From Bdellovibrio sp. (GTDB lineage: Bacteria > Bdellovibrionota > Bdellovibrionia > Bdellovibrionales > Bdellovibrionaceae): a stretch of DNA of 64,000 nucleotides. Shown here one piece after another: positions 50,401 to 58,617 of this stretch. Position 1 is the stretch's first letter, and each line of letters opens with the position of its first letter. The stretch spans positions 1,056,001-1,120,000 of the forward strand of contig JAKFCY010000002.1 in NCBI GenBank assembly GCA_036676395.1, given 5' to 3'. The notes beneath the pieces were generated by a model that saw only the letters and a program-made list of their open reading frames with translations, did not search any database and was not told the DNA's origin. The position numbers and the translations under genes were made by a program.

Positions 50401-52222
50401 TATTGATGCTCAGACGCCGGTAGTTTCAGGGGCTTGGACAACTTCATCCACTCCTGCTTATCTGCGTTTTTTAACAACTGATGTTGGATCAACGGCAGGT
50501 GTTGTACGCATGACGATCAAAGAAAATGGAGACGTCGGCATCGGTACGTCGACTCCGGGAGCGCGTTTGCAGGTAGCAACACCTGCAAGCGGAGGCGTAA
50601 ATAATCGCTGGGTTTCTGGTAATTCAAATGCTGATTTAATTGATATGACAGGCATCAATGGCGATATGTTTTTAGATCACAGTGTTGGCGCGCGCATGAC
50701 CGCTTCAACATCAACGACATTAAATCATGCAGCGACATTTAAAATTGATGGCGCACCAAATATAGATGCTGCCGCTTCTTCGACATTAACTGTAAATAAT
50801 CTCTACGCCCTATGGGTTGAAGAGGGCACATCACTTTTCGGCGGTAATATTGGCGTCGGAGTTTCAGGAACTCCGTCTTCATACGGCCATGGTGGAACAA
50901 ATAAATTTATCGAAATTCAAAACCCAGGCACCACTGTAAATGCACAATCGCACTTATTTTTAACGACAGGCGTGTCTGCGATTAGTGGAACTTCAATTGG
51001 AACCTTAACATGGGCCCAGCCAAATGTTTCCAGCGCCAGAAAAGAAGTGGCGTGGATTAGTGCAAGTTCTGACTCTGCCAGTGGCGCAGCGCCAGCAGCA
51101 AATTTTCAAATTCATACTCGCTCTATGACTGATGCCTCTCCGATTGAGCGCATGCGCATAACCGCTTCGGGCCGGGTAGGTATCGGGGTATCAAATCCTA
51201 TCACATTATTTTCAAACGTCGCTGCCACGGCTAATCATGCGAATGTCGGTGATCAGGGTGGCACAGGTGAAAATAGCCATTCACTGATTTGGTCTACTGC
51301 GGGAGCTGGTTATTCTGCAGCCATCGTGAATACTTCAATTTCACCCGGAGCTAACGGGTTAAACCTCAGAACTTTGGGTGCAACGTCGAATTACACGATT
51401 CTTTCAGCCGGCGTCGGTGTAAGTTCTACGGCAAATAGTTATGATGTTCTGACTGTAAAAGCGAACCGACAAGTCGGCATCAATCAAGCTTCTCCATTGG
51501 GAACTTTAACAGTTAACGGAACATTTTCACTTCAGCCATCGACGAATAACCATATTTATATGGAATTTTATGCACGCACTGCAACGCCAACAACACGCTC
51601 AGGCTGGTTTGGTTATGGTGCATCGGGAACAAATTTACTTTCAATCACTAATGAAACTGCCGGGCATATTAATATTGATCCAGAAGGTGGCGGTTTCGTA
51701 GGTGTTGATAACATAAATCCAACGCGCTTACTGCACGTCGGAAATTCAGCCATTGCGGCCGGAACACCGGTGGCTAATTTTCAAAATGCTGATGGAACCT
51801 GTACATTAACGCCAGCAGCTGCGGGTTCGGGAATTGCCTGTTCTTCAGATGAACGATTAAAAGAAAACTTTATTGATGTTGGCGGAACTAAAGCCTTAGA
51901 AAAAATATTAAAATTCCAAGCCGTAAGTTACAATTTTAAAACAGCAAAAGATTCTGACCGGCACACAGGTTACCGCGCTCAACAGGTCCAAAAAATATTA
52001 CCCGAGATCGTGCGTACGGATGACAATGGTTTTTTTCAGGTTTATTACGATGCGCTCATCCCATGGATCACCGAGGCCATTAAAGAAATGTATTCTTCAC
52101 AACAAACGCAAGCGCGCGAGATCGCTTCAGTGAAGGCCGAGAACGCTGAAATCAAAGCAGAGAATGCGAAACTAAAAGAACGTCTAGATCGCTTAGAAAA
52201 AGCATTCAACGACAAAAAATAG
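47426..52222 (+). CDS. Giant secreted tail-fibre-like adhesin 5 with S74 chaperone (start moved from 47378)
   Basis: Shared N-domain; about 11 GxVGIGT-like repeats; CSSDERLK...GYRAQQVQ; 28-aa signal peptide from GTG 47426. Confidence 0.88.
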   Translation: MNTARKQMRFLLLVAVATMLLSAINTFAGPGHTTYQAKIIKPDGYPLENSSVNFKFTILDPAGACILYSETYSSVNMTSTGGLISFSLGSGVKTYPVSSPTFEDVFSNITPNLSCDAGGPVSYSPLATDTRKIVMQFHDGAGWQTLPAMNINAVPYAMYANEALKLNGKADTDFVQVSVVPTCTASEAIRYNGTSFSCVDVGGSGAVSSGSVITALGYTPADGASLTTITSNVSTVSSTVFSVSSTVSSLTNSVAASFAAITSSQWLTSGTTISYQSGNVGIGTSSNVTKLVVSGGVRISMEPASCDATLAGTLRYNSGLVEFCNGTVWSAFGVAGAGITSVNGSTSGSQTFAAGITGTVFNITSNNGVHTFNIPLAASGSVTAGLLSNADYATFANKVSATSAAVVSALGYTPASATTVSALTSNLAAVSASVAAITSSQWVTSSTSINYVAGNVGVGTANPTGSLHLALNNSGTAMSSISDAFILQNKNAAANALTSIMFANQDGFGTGQITALQNTGNFGSQIIFGTKSGVGGAWNTSQMVLDTNGHVGIGTSTPRARLDVSGSVVIGNLAANNASLTIYTPDSGSASHGVVLIDKDAGYGSWQNPSGLDGIDADSSGTVTGWGPLYFNYYSSGNIDFNNGGGHSSFNGGVAIGMGDAPTAKLHIAGGTSSTAALKFVSGTLLTTPQTGAVEYNGFNLYLTDGAGIRRAIATSSSSGTMDNVSNINASTNMTLTPVGSVIVSSTTISTSANTGALVVKGGLGVAGTINTAGSLNVSGTAAIAGSLNLSSMTSGSVLFAGANGTVTQNNSSLYWDGANRRLGIGTNAPQMKLHVASGPVLIGANIGGYSTEGLIVNTSSQRSDISFMHSSTGVTQTSDGFNIALVFNNVDFDLRENGYMRFLTNSAEQVRITSTGNVGIGTTAPTQKLDVMGYIKTSNYGSSAGSAAGLYLYRSQGGSAGAEVAPGNGAGVGFLSFAGYRGDATLGTGALIDAQTPVVSGAWTTSSTPAYLRFLTTDVGSTAGVVRMTIKENGDVGIGTSTPGARLQVATPASGGVNNRWVSGNSNADLIDMTGINGDMFLDHSVGARMTASTSTTLNHAATFKIDGAPNIDAAASSTLTVNNLYALWVEEGTSLFGGNIGVGVSGTPSSYGHGGTNKFIEIQNPGTTVNAQSHLFLTTGVSAISGTSIGTLTWAQPNVSSARKEVAWISASSDSASGAAPAANFQIHTRSMTDASPIERMRITASGRVGIGVSNPITLFSNVAATANHANVGDQGGTGENSHSLIWSTAGAGYSAAIVNTSISPGANGLNLRTLGATSNYTILSAGVGVSSTANSYDVLTVKANRQVGINQASPLGTLTVNGTFSLQPSTNNHIYMEFYARTATPTTRSGWFGYGASGTNLLSITNETAGHINIDPEGGGFVGVDNINPTRLLHVGNSAIAAGTPVANFQNADGTCTLTPAAAGSGIACSSDERLKENFIDVGGTKALEKILKFQAVSYNFKTAKDSDRHTGYRAQQVQKILPEIVRTDDNGFFQVYYDALIPWITEAIKEMYSSQQTQAREIASVKAENAEIKAENAKLKERLDRLEKAFNDKK

Positions 52223-52328
52223 AACTCCCCACAGCCTAAAGTCGAGGTCAAGAGTTACAGAGTTTAAAATTGAGATCTGTTTAAAATAACGTTATGTTTT
52301 AACTAGGCGCAGCCTAGTTAGGAAACTG

Positions 52329-53180
52329 ATGAGTTTTGAAGTTTACAAACCAACGTATAAGTCTCTTTTTCGTAAAATTGCTATTGGTTCTTGGTGGAAC
52401 GCCGGTGATCCTTCTGTGTACGGTATGGTCGATGTCGATATGACAGAAGCTTTAAAATATATTGAAAAAATTAAGAGCGAAAAAAATGTATCGCTCACGC
52501 CGACGCATCTTGTGGGGCAGGCTGTGGTTGAGTGTTTAAAAGTTCGCCCTGAAGTGAATTCAATTATGATTCGCCATCAAATTTATTACCGAAAAAATAT
52601 CGATATTTTTTTTCAGGTCAATATCGAGGGTGACGACGCTGGTGATAAAACGGCAAAAGCTGAATTGTCTGGTGTGACACTTCGTAAATTACAAAACAAA
52701 TCTATTTTTCAATTGGCTGAAGAGTTAAAAAACAAAGGCACTAAATTAAAGAAAAATAAAGAGGGTGAATTGATGAAAGTTCGCTCGACGATGCATTTAA
52801 TTCCTAATAGCATCATGAAATACGTTTTACTTGGAACTTCATTTTTAAATTTCGATTTGGGTTTGCCACTGCACTGGTTCGGTGTGCCGAAAGATCCATT
52901 CGGAGCCATTATGATCACCAGCGTGGGTTCAATGGGTATTGATTGGGCGTTAGCGCCGTTGTGTCCGTACTCACGTTCGCCGATGTTATTAGCTATTTGT
53001 GCTGTTAAAAAATCACCGGTGGTGATTGAAACAGAAGGCCAGGCAGATCGCCTTGAAATTCGGCCAACGATGAAAGTCGGAGTTACTTTTGATCATCGTT
53101 ATATCGACGGTGTGCATGCGGCAGATATGTTACGTGTGTTTAAAGAGTGTTTTGCAAATCCAAGTAAATACTTCGGCTAA
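52329..53180 (+). CDS. Stand-alone 2-oxoacid dehydrogenase E2-type acyltransferase catalytic domain
   Basis: ITSVG and TFDHRYIDG motifs; no lipoyl or E3-binding domain. Confidence 0.85.
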   Translation: MSFEVYKPTYKSLFRKIAIGSWWNAGDPSVYGMVDVDMTEALKYIEKIKSEKNVSLTPTHLVGQAVVECLKVRPEVNSIMIRHQIYYRKNIDIFFQVNIEGDDAGDKTAKAELSGVTLRKLQNKSIFQLAEELKNKGTKLKKNKEGELMKVRSTMHLIPNSIMKYVLLGTSFLNFDLGLPLHWFGVPKDPFGAIMITSVGSMGIDWALAPLCPYSRSPMLLAICAVKKSPVVIETEGQADRLEIRPTMKVGVTFDHRYIDGVHAADMLRVFKECFANPSKYFG

Positions 53181-53812
53181 GGAAAAAACATATCACAGTT
53201 CATTTTTTCAGCACGGATATGATAGTCTTTTCCTTCGAATTTGAATTTTAATTCTTCTGCATGTAAGAACATGCGGGTCGTCTTATACATCGCACCCATT
53301 TTGGTATTATAATTTTCATCGTTGTAACGAGTGTCACCCATAATGGCATGTTTTACTAAAGCTGCATGTTTTCTGATTTGGTGCTGTCGGCCAGTTTTAA
53401 TTTCGCATAACACTTCAGTGAAATATTGGTTGGTGCGCACCACTTTGACATGAGTGATACAGTTTTTACGCTCACTGCTTTTACCTTGTGGGTTTTTGCG
53501 GCCTTCGGCTTTATCAGATAAAGGCAGATCCCAGGTTAGAGCTAAAGCTTTATCATTCCAGCCACCGCGAAGCAGGGCGCGGTAAATTTTTTGACCCGAG
53601 CTTAATGATTTACTTAAGCTTTCGTGAAGCGCAGGATCACGAGCGACAACGACAAGGCCGCTGGTTTGCTGATCAATACGGTTAACAAAACTTTGTGGAA
53701 GTTTTCGCTCTAAAAGCCAATCTGAAAGACTAGGCTTTTCATTGTGTACAGAAACACCTTCAGGTTTGCCAAGTACGATAAAAAAAGCGTTGTCCTCTAG
53801 TATTGAAATCAT
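53177..53812 (-). CDS. RluA-family RNA pseudouridine synthase
   Basis: KPEG, NRIDQQTSG, TGRQHQIRKH, GDTRY, LHA. Confidence 0.92.
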   Translation of the reverse strand: MISILEDNAFFIVLGKPEGVSVHNEKPSLSDWLLERKLPQSFVNRIDQQTSGLVVVARDPALHESLSKSLSSGQKIYRALLRGGWNDKALALTWDLPLSDKAEGRKNPQGKSSERKNCITHVKVVRTNQYFTEVLCEIKTGRQHQIRKHAALVKHAIMGDTRYNDENYNTKMGAMYKTTRMFLHAEELKFKFEGKDYHIRAEKMNCDMFFP

Positions 53813-53853
53813 GGTACTATATACGAGTTAAGTAATTAAAAAGGCAAGGTATT

Positions 53854-54204
53854 ATGATGAATGAAGACGAAATCAAAGAGACCCCAGAAACTTCTACTGA
53901 GCAAACAGAAACTCCTAAGGAAAAAGTAAAAATTGAATTTCCTTACAGTGATGTTGTGCGCTCAATTACGCCAAAGGCCTTCGATGTGGCTGAAAACGTA
54001 GCTACTCAATGGAAAAACGACGAAAAATTTGATGTCGGTCTGTCAAATCCTTTAGCTGAAGTTGCAGCCGTTAAAGCTTTAGAAAAAGCTAAAGAAGTAG
54101 AAAAAAAGTTAGAAGAAAAAGGCGTCATCACCGCCGCTAAAATGGGTGTCGAGATCGCAAAACTTCAAGCTCAGTCAATTCTAGCAAAATTTAAGAAGCC
54201 TTAA
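53854..54204 (+). CDS. Hypothetical protein
   Basis: 116-aa ORF with host-like codons, co-oriented with bolA. Confidence 0.7.
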   Translation: MMNEDEIKETPETSTEQTETPKEKVKIEFPYSDVVRSITPKAFDVAENVATQWKNDEKFDVGLSNPLAEVAAVKALEKAKEVEKKLEEKGVITAAKMGVEIAKLQAQSILAKFKKP

Positions 54205-54209
54205 CCAAA

Positions 54210-54491
54210 ATGAACCGCGAAGAGCGTATTAAGACTATCTTAAAGCAGTTAAATCCAGTCGCTATCGAATTAAAAAACGATAGCGCTAAACATGCCAAGC
54301 ATGTTGACCACATGGGCGTTGAACCCACCGGCGAGACGCACTACAAATTAAAAATTGTCTCTGAAATCTTTGAAGGCCTTTCACGCGTGGACCGCCAAAG
54401 AAAAGTCTATGATCTGTTAAAAGACGAATTTACCTCGGGGCTTCACGCTTTAGAATTAAAAACGTTGTCTCCGAAAGAGCATAATGTCTAA
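54210..54491 (+). CDS. bolA: BolA family protein
   Basis: NDSAKH, ETHYKLKIVS..FEGLSRVDRQR.VY..L..EF..GLHAL. Confidence 0.95.
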   Translation: MNREERIKTILKQLNPVAIELKNDSAKHAKHVDHMGVEPTGETHYKLKIVSEIFEGLSRVDRQRKVYDLLKDEFTSGLHALELKTLSPKEHNV

Positions 54492-55773
54492 GTCTCCGAT
54501 ACTGGCGATTGACTTCGGAACCAGTAATTCGCTGGTAGGCTGTGTTTATAACGGCGAAAAAACCTTAGCCTTGCCTATTGATGATTTAAATTCTGATCCC
54601 ACAATGATGCGCACATTGCTCTATTTTCCAGAGCCTGACGTGTGTTACTACGGTCAGCGTGCCATCGATGAGTTTCTAGAAAACGATATGGACGGGCGGT
54701 TATTTCGCTCGTTCAAAACGCATTTACCGAATCAAGCGTACTTAGGAACAATGTTTAAAAACCGCGTACTTTCGTTAGAAAGTATTATCGGTTTATTTTT
54801 ACTCGAATTAAAAAAACGCGCTGAACTTGCGATCGGGCAAAAAGTCACTCACGTGGTGATGGGAAGACCTGCAAGATACTCGATGGATGAAGTGGCTGAT
54901 GGTTTTGCTCTTCACCGTATGGAAAAAGCCTGCCAGTTTGCAGGCTTCACCAATGTGCAATTTGTGCCAGAGCCTTTGGCTGCCGCTTTTGATTACCGCA
55001 GACAAGCTACTGAAGAAAAAACAATTTTGATCGGCGATTTCGGCGGCGGAACTTCAGATTTCACCATCATGCGAATTAACCCCAAAGAATTTAGTAAAAA
55101 AGATGTGTTATCTATCGAAGGCTGTCCGTTGGCGGGTGATGCTTTAGATAGTATTTTTATGTCGAATAAATTAAACGAATACTTCGGTGCAAAAACCAGA
55201 TACATGTTACCGATGTCATCGAATGTGATGACTATGCCTCCTGGGGTAACGACGCGTTTAAATCATCCAGCTCATATCGTGCATTTAAAAGATAAAGAGA
55301 CCTATGAATTCGTGCGCGAAGTCAGAAAATGCGCTTTAACTCCAAAAGATGCCGTGGGCGTTGATCGACTTTTCGTACTTATCGAAGACAATCAAATATT
55401 TCCGTTTTTTGAAAGCATTGAAGCCAGTAAAAAAGAGCTTTCAAGAGCTGATAAATCGAATTTTAAATTTCCGTATCCAGATATCGAAGTTTACGAAACT
55501 TTTTCGACCGAGCAATTTACAGCTTGGGCAGCAGATATCAAAAACAATATCATCCACGCGCTGGATCGTTCGTTGCAACAGGCAGGTTTGACTGAAAAAA
55601 ACATTGATTTGGTGTGTTTAACTGGCGGGACTTCAAAAGTTCCGTTAATTCGTGCCGAGTTCGAAAAACGCTTCGGCATCGAAAAATTGCAAACGCAGAC
55701 TGAATTTCATAGTGTAACGGCAGGCTTAGTTGAAGTCGCTCACTTATGGGAAAAAGGCCAAATCGTAAGCTAA
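54484..55773 (+). CDS. yegD: Hsp70-like ATPase, YegD type
   Basis: AIDFGTSNS, GRP, EPLAAA, DFGGGTSDF, TGGTS; no peptide-binding domain. Confidence 0.85.
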   Translation: MSKSPILAIDFGTSNSLVGCVYNGEKTLALPIDDLNSDPTMMRTLLYFPEPDVCYYGQRAIDEFLENDMDGRLFRSFKTHLPNQAYLGTMFKNRVLSLESIIGLFLLELKKRAELAIGQKVTHVVMGRPARYSMDEVADGFALHRMEKACQFAGFTNVQFVPEPLAAAFDYRRQATEEKTILIGDFGGGTSDFTIMRINPKEFSKKDVLSIEGCPLAGDALDSIFMSNKLNEYFGAKTRYMLPMSSNVMTMPPGVTTRLNHPAHIVHLKDKETYEFVREVRKCALTPKDAVGVDRLFVLIEDNQIFPFFESIEASKKELSRADKSNFKFPYPDIEVYETFSTEQFTAWAADIKNNIIHALDRSLQQAGLTEKNIDLVCLTGGTSKVPLIRAEFEKRFGIEKLQTQTEFHSVTAGLVEVAHLWEKGQIVS

Positions 55774-56030
55774 AAGTCGTTAAGCTTTTCCTTTAAGTCT
55801 TCAATAAGCGATCTAACTTTATCTAATTGCTCTTGTTCAGGGGATTTAGCAACGTGGTCATGATCATTATCTGACCATGAGCCCAAAGCAGATTTAAGGT
55901 CCGTCTGTAATGACGACCACTTAACCTTAGCCAAACCCTGTAGATCAGTGGGGTTTAAAGCTTTTTGGTCAGCTTTTTTAGCTACACTGCTTTTCGCTGT
56001 GCTTTTACTTTTGGACTTCTTGTTGCTCAT
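55770..56030 (-). CDS. Hypothetical protein
   Basis: 86-aa ORF convergent with yegD; Lys-rich N-terminus, helical C-terminus. Confidence 0.6.
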   Translation of the reverse strand: MSNKKSKSKSTAKSSVAKKADQKALNPTDLQGLAKVKWSSLQTDLKSALGSWSDNDHDHVAKSPEQEQLDKVRSLIEDLKEKLNDF

Positions 56031-56096
56031 TCTAAAGTTGTTTTGCCTTAGTCTTCTATGGTACTAATATCACTTCTAAAATCAAGGGGTTAATTT

Positions 56097-57773
56097 ATGT
56101 CTCAAGATATTATCTACACCATGAAAGGTGTTTCAAAAGTTTATCCACCGAACCGTTTTGTTCTAAAAGATATTTATTTATCATATTTTTATGGCGCAAA
56201 AATCGGCGTTCTTGGTCTGAATGGTTCAGGTAAATCATCATTGCTAAAAATTATGGCGGGTGTTGACACTGAATTTTTAGGTGAAGCATTTCCGGCAAAA
56301 AAGATGAAAGTCGGCTACTTAGAGCAAGAACCTAAATTAGATGAAACATTAAATGTTCGCGATAATATTTTTTCAGCAATGGGTGATCTGCCTAAATTAA
56401 TGAAAGACTACAACGCGATCAACGATAAATTTTCTGATCCTGATTTAGATCCGGACGAGATGAATACACTGATCGAAAAACAAGGCGACCTGCAAGAAAA
56501 AATCGAAGCTTTGGGCGGCTGGGAAGTCGACCAAAAAATCGAACTTGTTATCGATGCCCTACGTTGTCCAGAACCAGATTCTGAAGTGGCCCACTTATCA
56601 GGTGGTGAAAAACGCCGTGTAGCTTTAGCACGTTTAATTATGTCGAACCCTGATATTTTATTACTGGATGAGCCTACGAATCACTTGGATGCTGAATCGG
56701 TGGGTTGGTTAGAGCAATACTTAGCTAAATTTCCTGGAACAGTCATCGCCGTAACCCATGATCGTTATTTCTTAGATAACGTTGCGGGTTGGATTCTAGA
56801 ATTAGACCGTGGTGAGGGCATTCCTTGGAAAGGCAATTACTCTTCTTGGTTAGAGCAAAAAGACAAACGTTTAGCTTCTGAGCAACAGTCGCAAAGCAAA
56901 AAAGCTAAAACATTAGAGCGCGAGTTAGAATGGATTCGTCAGGGTGCAAAAGCCAGACAAAGCAAATCTAAAGCACGTATTCACGCTTACGAAGATTTAT
57001 TAAAAGAGCCATCAGCCGAAAAATTACAAGAGATGTCGATCTACATTCCTGCAGGCCCTCGCTTAGGTAATGTCGTTGTTGAAGCTCAAGGCGTGACAAA
57101 AGGTTACGGTAAAAAATTATTATTAGATGGCGTTGATTTCGTGATTCCTAAAGGGGCCATCGTTGGCGTTATCGGACCGAACGGGGCCGGTAAATCAACA
57201 TTATTCAAAATGATCACAGGCAAAGAAAAACCAGATTCTGGAACATTCAAAGTCGGTGAAACTGTAAAAATCGCTTACGTTGATCAAACGCGCGAAACCC
57301 TTGATCCGAATAAAACAATCTATGAAGAACTTTCTGGCGGCGCCGATCTTATTAAATTAGGTAACCGCGAAATTCCAGCGCGTCAGTACGTCAGCTGGTT
57401 TAACTTCTCGGGTTCAGACCAACAGAAAAAAGTAGGCACATTATCAGGCGGAGAACGTAACCGCGTGAATATGGCTAAAATCTTAAAAGAAGGTGCGAAC
57501 TTACTTTTACTAGATGAGCCAACAAATGACTTAGACGTAAATACAATGCGTGCACTAGAAGAAGCCTTAAACGAATTCGGGGGCTCTGCAATTGTGATTT
57601 CCCATGATCGTTGGTTCTTAGACCGCGTGTGTACGCACACCATGGCCTTTGAAGGCGATTCAAAAGTTTACTTCTACCCAGGCAGCTTCTCAGAATACGA
57701 AGAAGACCGCAAAAAACGCATGGGCGAAGACACTGCACCTAAACGCATCCGTTACAGAATGATTGATCAGTAA
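56097..57773 (+). CDS. ettA: Energy-dependent translational throttle ABC-F protein
   Basis: Two ABC domains; GAKIGVLGLNGSGKS, ELEWIR.GAKARQSKSKAR linker; 558 aa. Confidence 0.97.
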   Translation: MSQDIIYTMKGVSKVYPPNRFVLKDIYLSYFYGAKIGVLGLNGSGKSSLLKIMAGVDTEFLGEAFPAKKMKVGYLEQEPKLDETLNVRDNIFSAMGDLPKLMKDYNAINDKFSDPDLDPDEMNTLIEKQGDLQEKIEALGGWEVDQKIELVIDALRCPEPDSEVAHLSGGEKRRVALARLIMSNPDILLLDEPTNHLDAESVGWLEQYLAKFPGTVIAVTHDRYFLDNVAGWILELDRGEGIPWKGNYSSWLEQKDKRLASEQQSQSKKAKTLERELEWIRQGAKARQSKSKARIHAYEDLLKEPSAEKLQEMSIYIPAGPRLGNVVVEAQGVTKGYGKKLLLDGVDFVIPKGAIVGVIGPNGAGKSTLFKMITGKEKPDSGTFKVGETVKIAYVDQTRETLDPNKTIYEELSGGADLIKLGNREIPARQYVSWFNFSGSDQQKKVGTLSGGERNRVNMAKILKEGANLLLLDEPTNDLDVNTMRALEEALNEFGGSAIVISHDRWFLDRVCTHTMAFEGDSKVYFYPGSFSEYEEDRKKRMGEDTAPKRIRYRMIDQ

Positions 57774-57818
57774 GATCATATTAAATTGATCAGTAGGATC
57801 ATTGTTTAATAGATCAGT
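57762..57818 (+). repeat. Degenerate tandem repeat of the ettA 3' end (period 23-24 bp)
   Basis: ATTGATCAGTAAGATCAT (57762-79), ATTGATCAGTAGGATCAT (57785-802), ATAGATCAGT (57809-18). Confidence 0.8.
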
Positions 57819-57843
57819 CATCGTTAGATACAGATTCAAAAGT

Positions 57844-57877
57844 AAAAAAAGCAGTTGGGAAACCAACTGCTTTTTTT
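57844..57877. terminator. Bidirectional intrinsic terminator
   Basis: A7-GCAGTTGG-GAAA-CCAACTGC-T7. Confidence 0.9.
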
Positions 57878-57959
57878 ATCTAAAAACAGGTGAATCTGGC
57901 TAAGCCCGCATCAGAACTTACAACCCTTTTGCAGTGTCGCGAAGTATCGTTAAATTCTG

Positions 57960-58088
57960 CTCTGTATTTGGGTTTACACTTTTCAAACTACTTAAAGTCG
58001 GCGATACATCCGGTAAGTGTAAATCACCTGATGGCTCCGTTGAATAACCCAGCTTAGAATAACAAAAACTGTAAACCCAAATACAGAG
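57960..58088. repeat. Perfect 19-bp inverted repeat enclosing 91 bp
   Basis: CTCTGTATTTGGGTTTACA (57960-78) and TGTAAACCCAAATACAGAG (58070-88). Confidence 0.9.
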
Positions 58089-58224
58089 TGAGTTTTGATG
58101 GTGCCTTTGAAATTATCTTTGAAGTATCGTAAGACCCCGTATATTCGGAACTCGGATCGAAAATCACCCTGCGTAGCTAGATTGGTAATTTTATTGGCCA
58201 CAACTTTGAACACCAACTGTAACT

Positions 58225-58617
58225 ATGAAAAGAGCCGTCGATACAACACTAACAGATAAAATTACTATCTATAAAATACCTCAAGAAAATTTAGGCTATA
58301 TTAATTTACTTAAGCGCGGCTATGAATGGCGTAAAAAAAGAAATCCGCGCTACTCACTACGAAAATACGCTAAAGATCTTGAACTTACCCCCATGCATTT
58401 AAGTTATATCTTGCGAGGGCAAAGAGGGTTGTCGCGCAAAAAAGCTGAGGTTATTACAAAAGTTTTGCGATTGTCATACACAGATAGAAAAAAGTTTCTG
58501 CAGATTGTATCTGCTTTAAGTGCCAGATCGTTTAGAGAAAGAAATTTGGCACAGCTTGGTCTGCGGAACTCTTACTTCTTCTCAGGCGAAAGAACTTCGT
58601 CCGTGAAGGTTACATAG
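58225..58617 (+). CDS. Short HTH protein (TIGR02147-type N-terminal domain only)
   Basis: RKKRNPRYSLRKYAKDLELTPMHLSYILRGQRGLSRKKA; paralogue of 16180-16593. Confidence 0.75.
   Translation: MKRAVDTTLTDKITIYKIPQENLGYINLLKRGYEWRKKRNPRYSLRKYAKDLELTPMHLSYILRGQRGLSRKKAEVITKVLRLSYTDRKKFLQIVSALSARSFRERNLAQLGLRNSYFFSGERTSSVKVT

Noticed and set aside
24094..52222. Prophage or tailocin (tail-fibre and S74 domains)
   Set aside because: No integrase, capsid, terminase, sheath or lysis genes; all proteins have Sec-type signal peptides and host-type promoters.
24094..52222. Diversity-generating retroelement or shufflon acting on the fibres
   Set aside because: No reverse transcriptase or invertase, no inverted cassettes, and repeat differences are not adenine-specific.
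57762..57818. CRISPR array
   Set aside because: Only 2-3 degenerate units with 5-6 bp gaps; no spacers or cas genes.
57960..58088. Retron msr-msd bounded by a1/a2 repeats
   Set aside because: No reverse transcriptase gene in the window.
57992..58216. 74-aa minus-strand ORF
   Set aside because: Non-ATG start, no RBS and no recognisable motif; overlaps the inverted-repeat structure. A small toxin-like peptide cannot be fully excluded.
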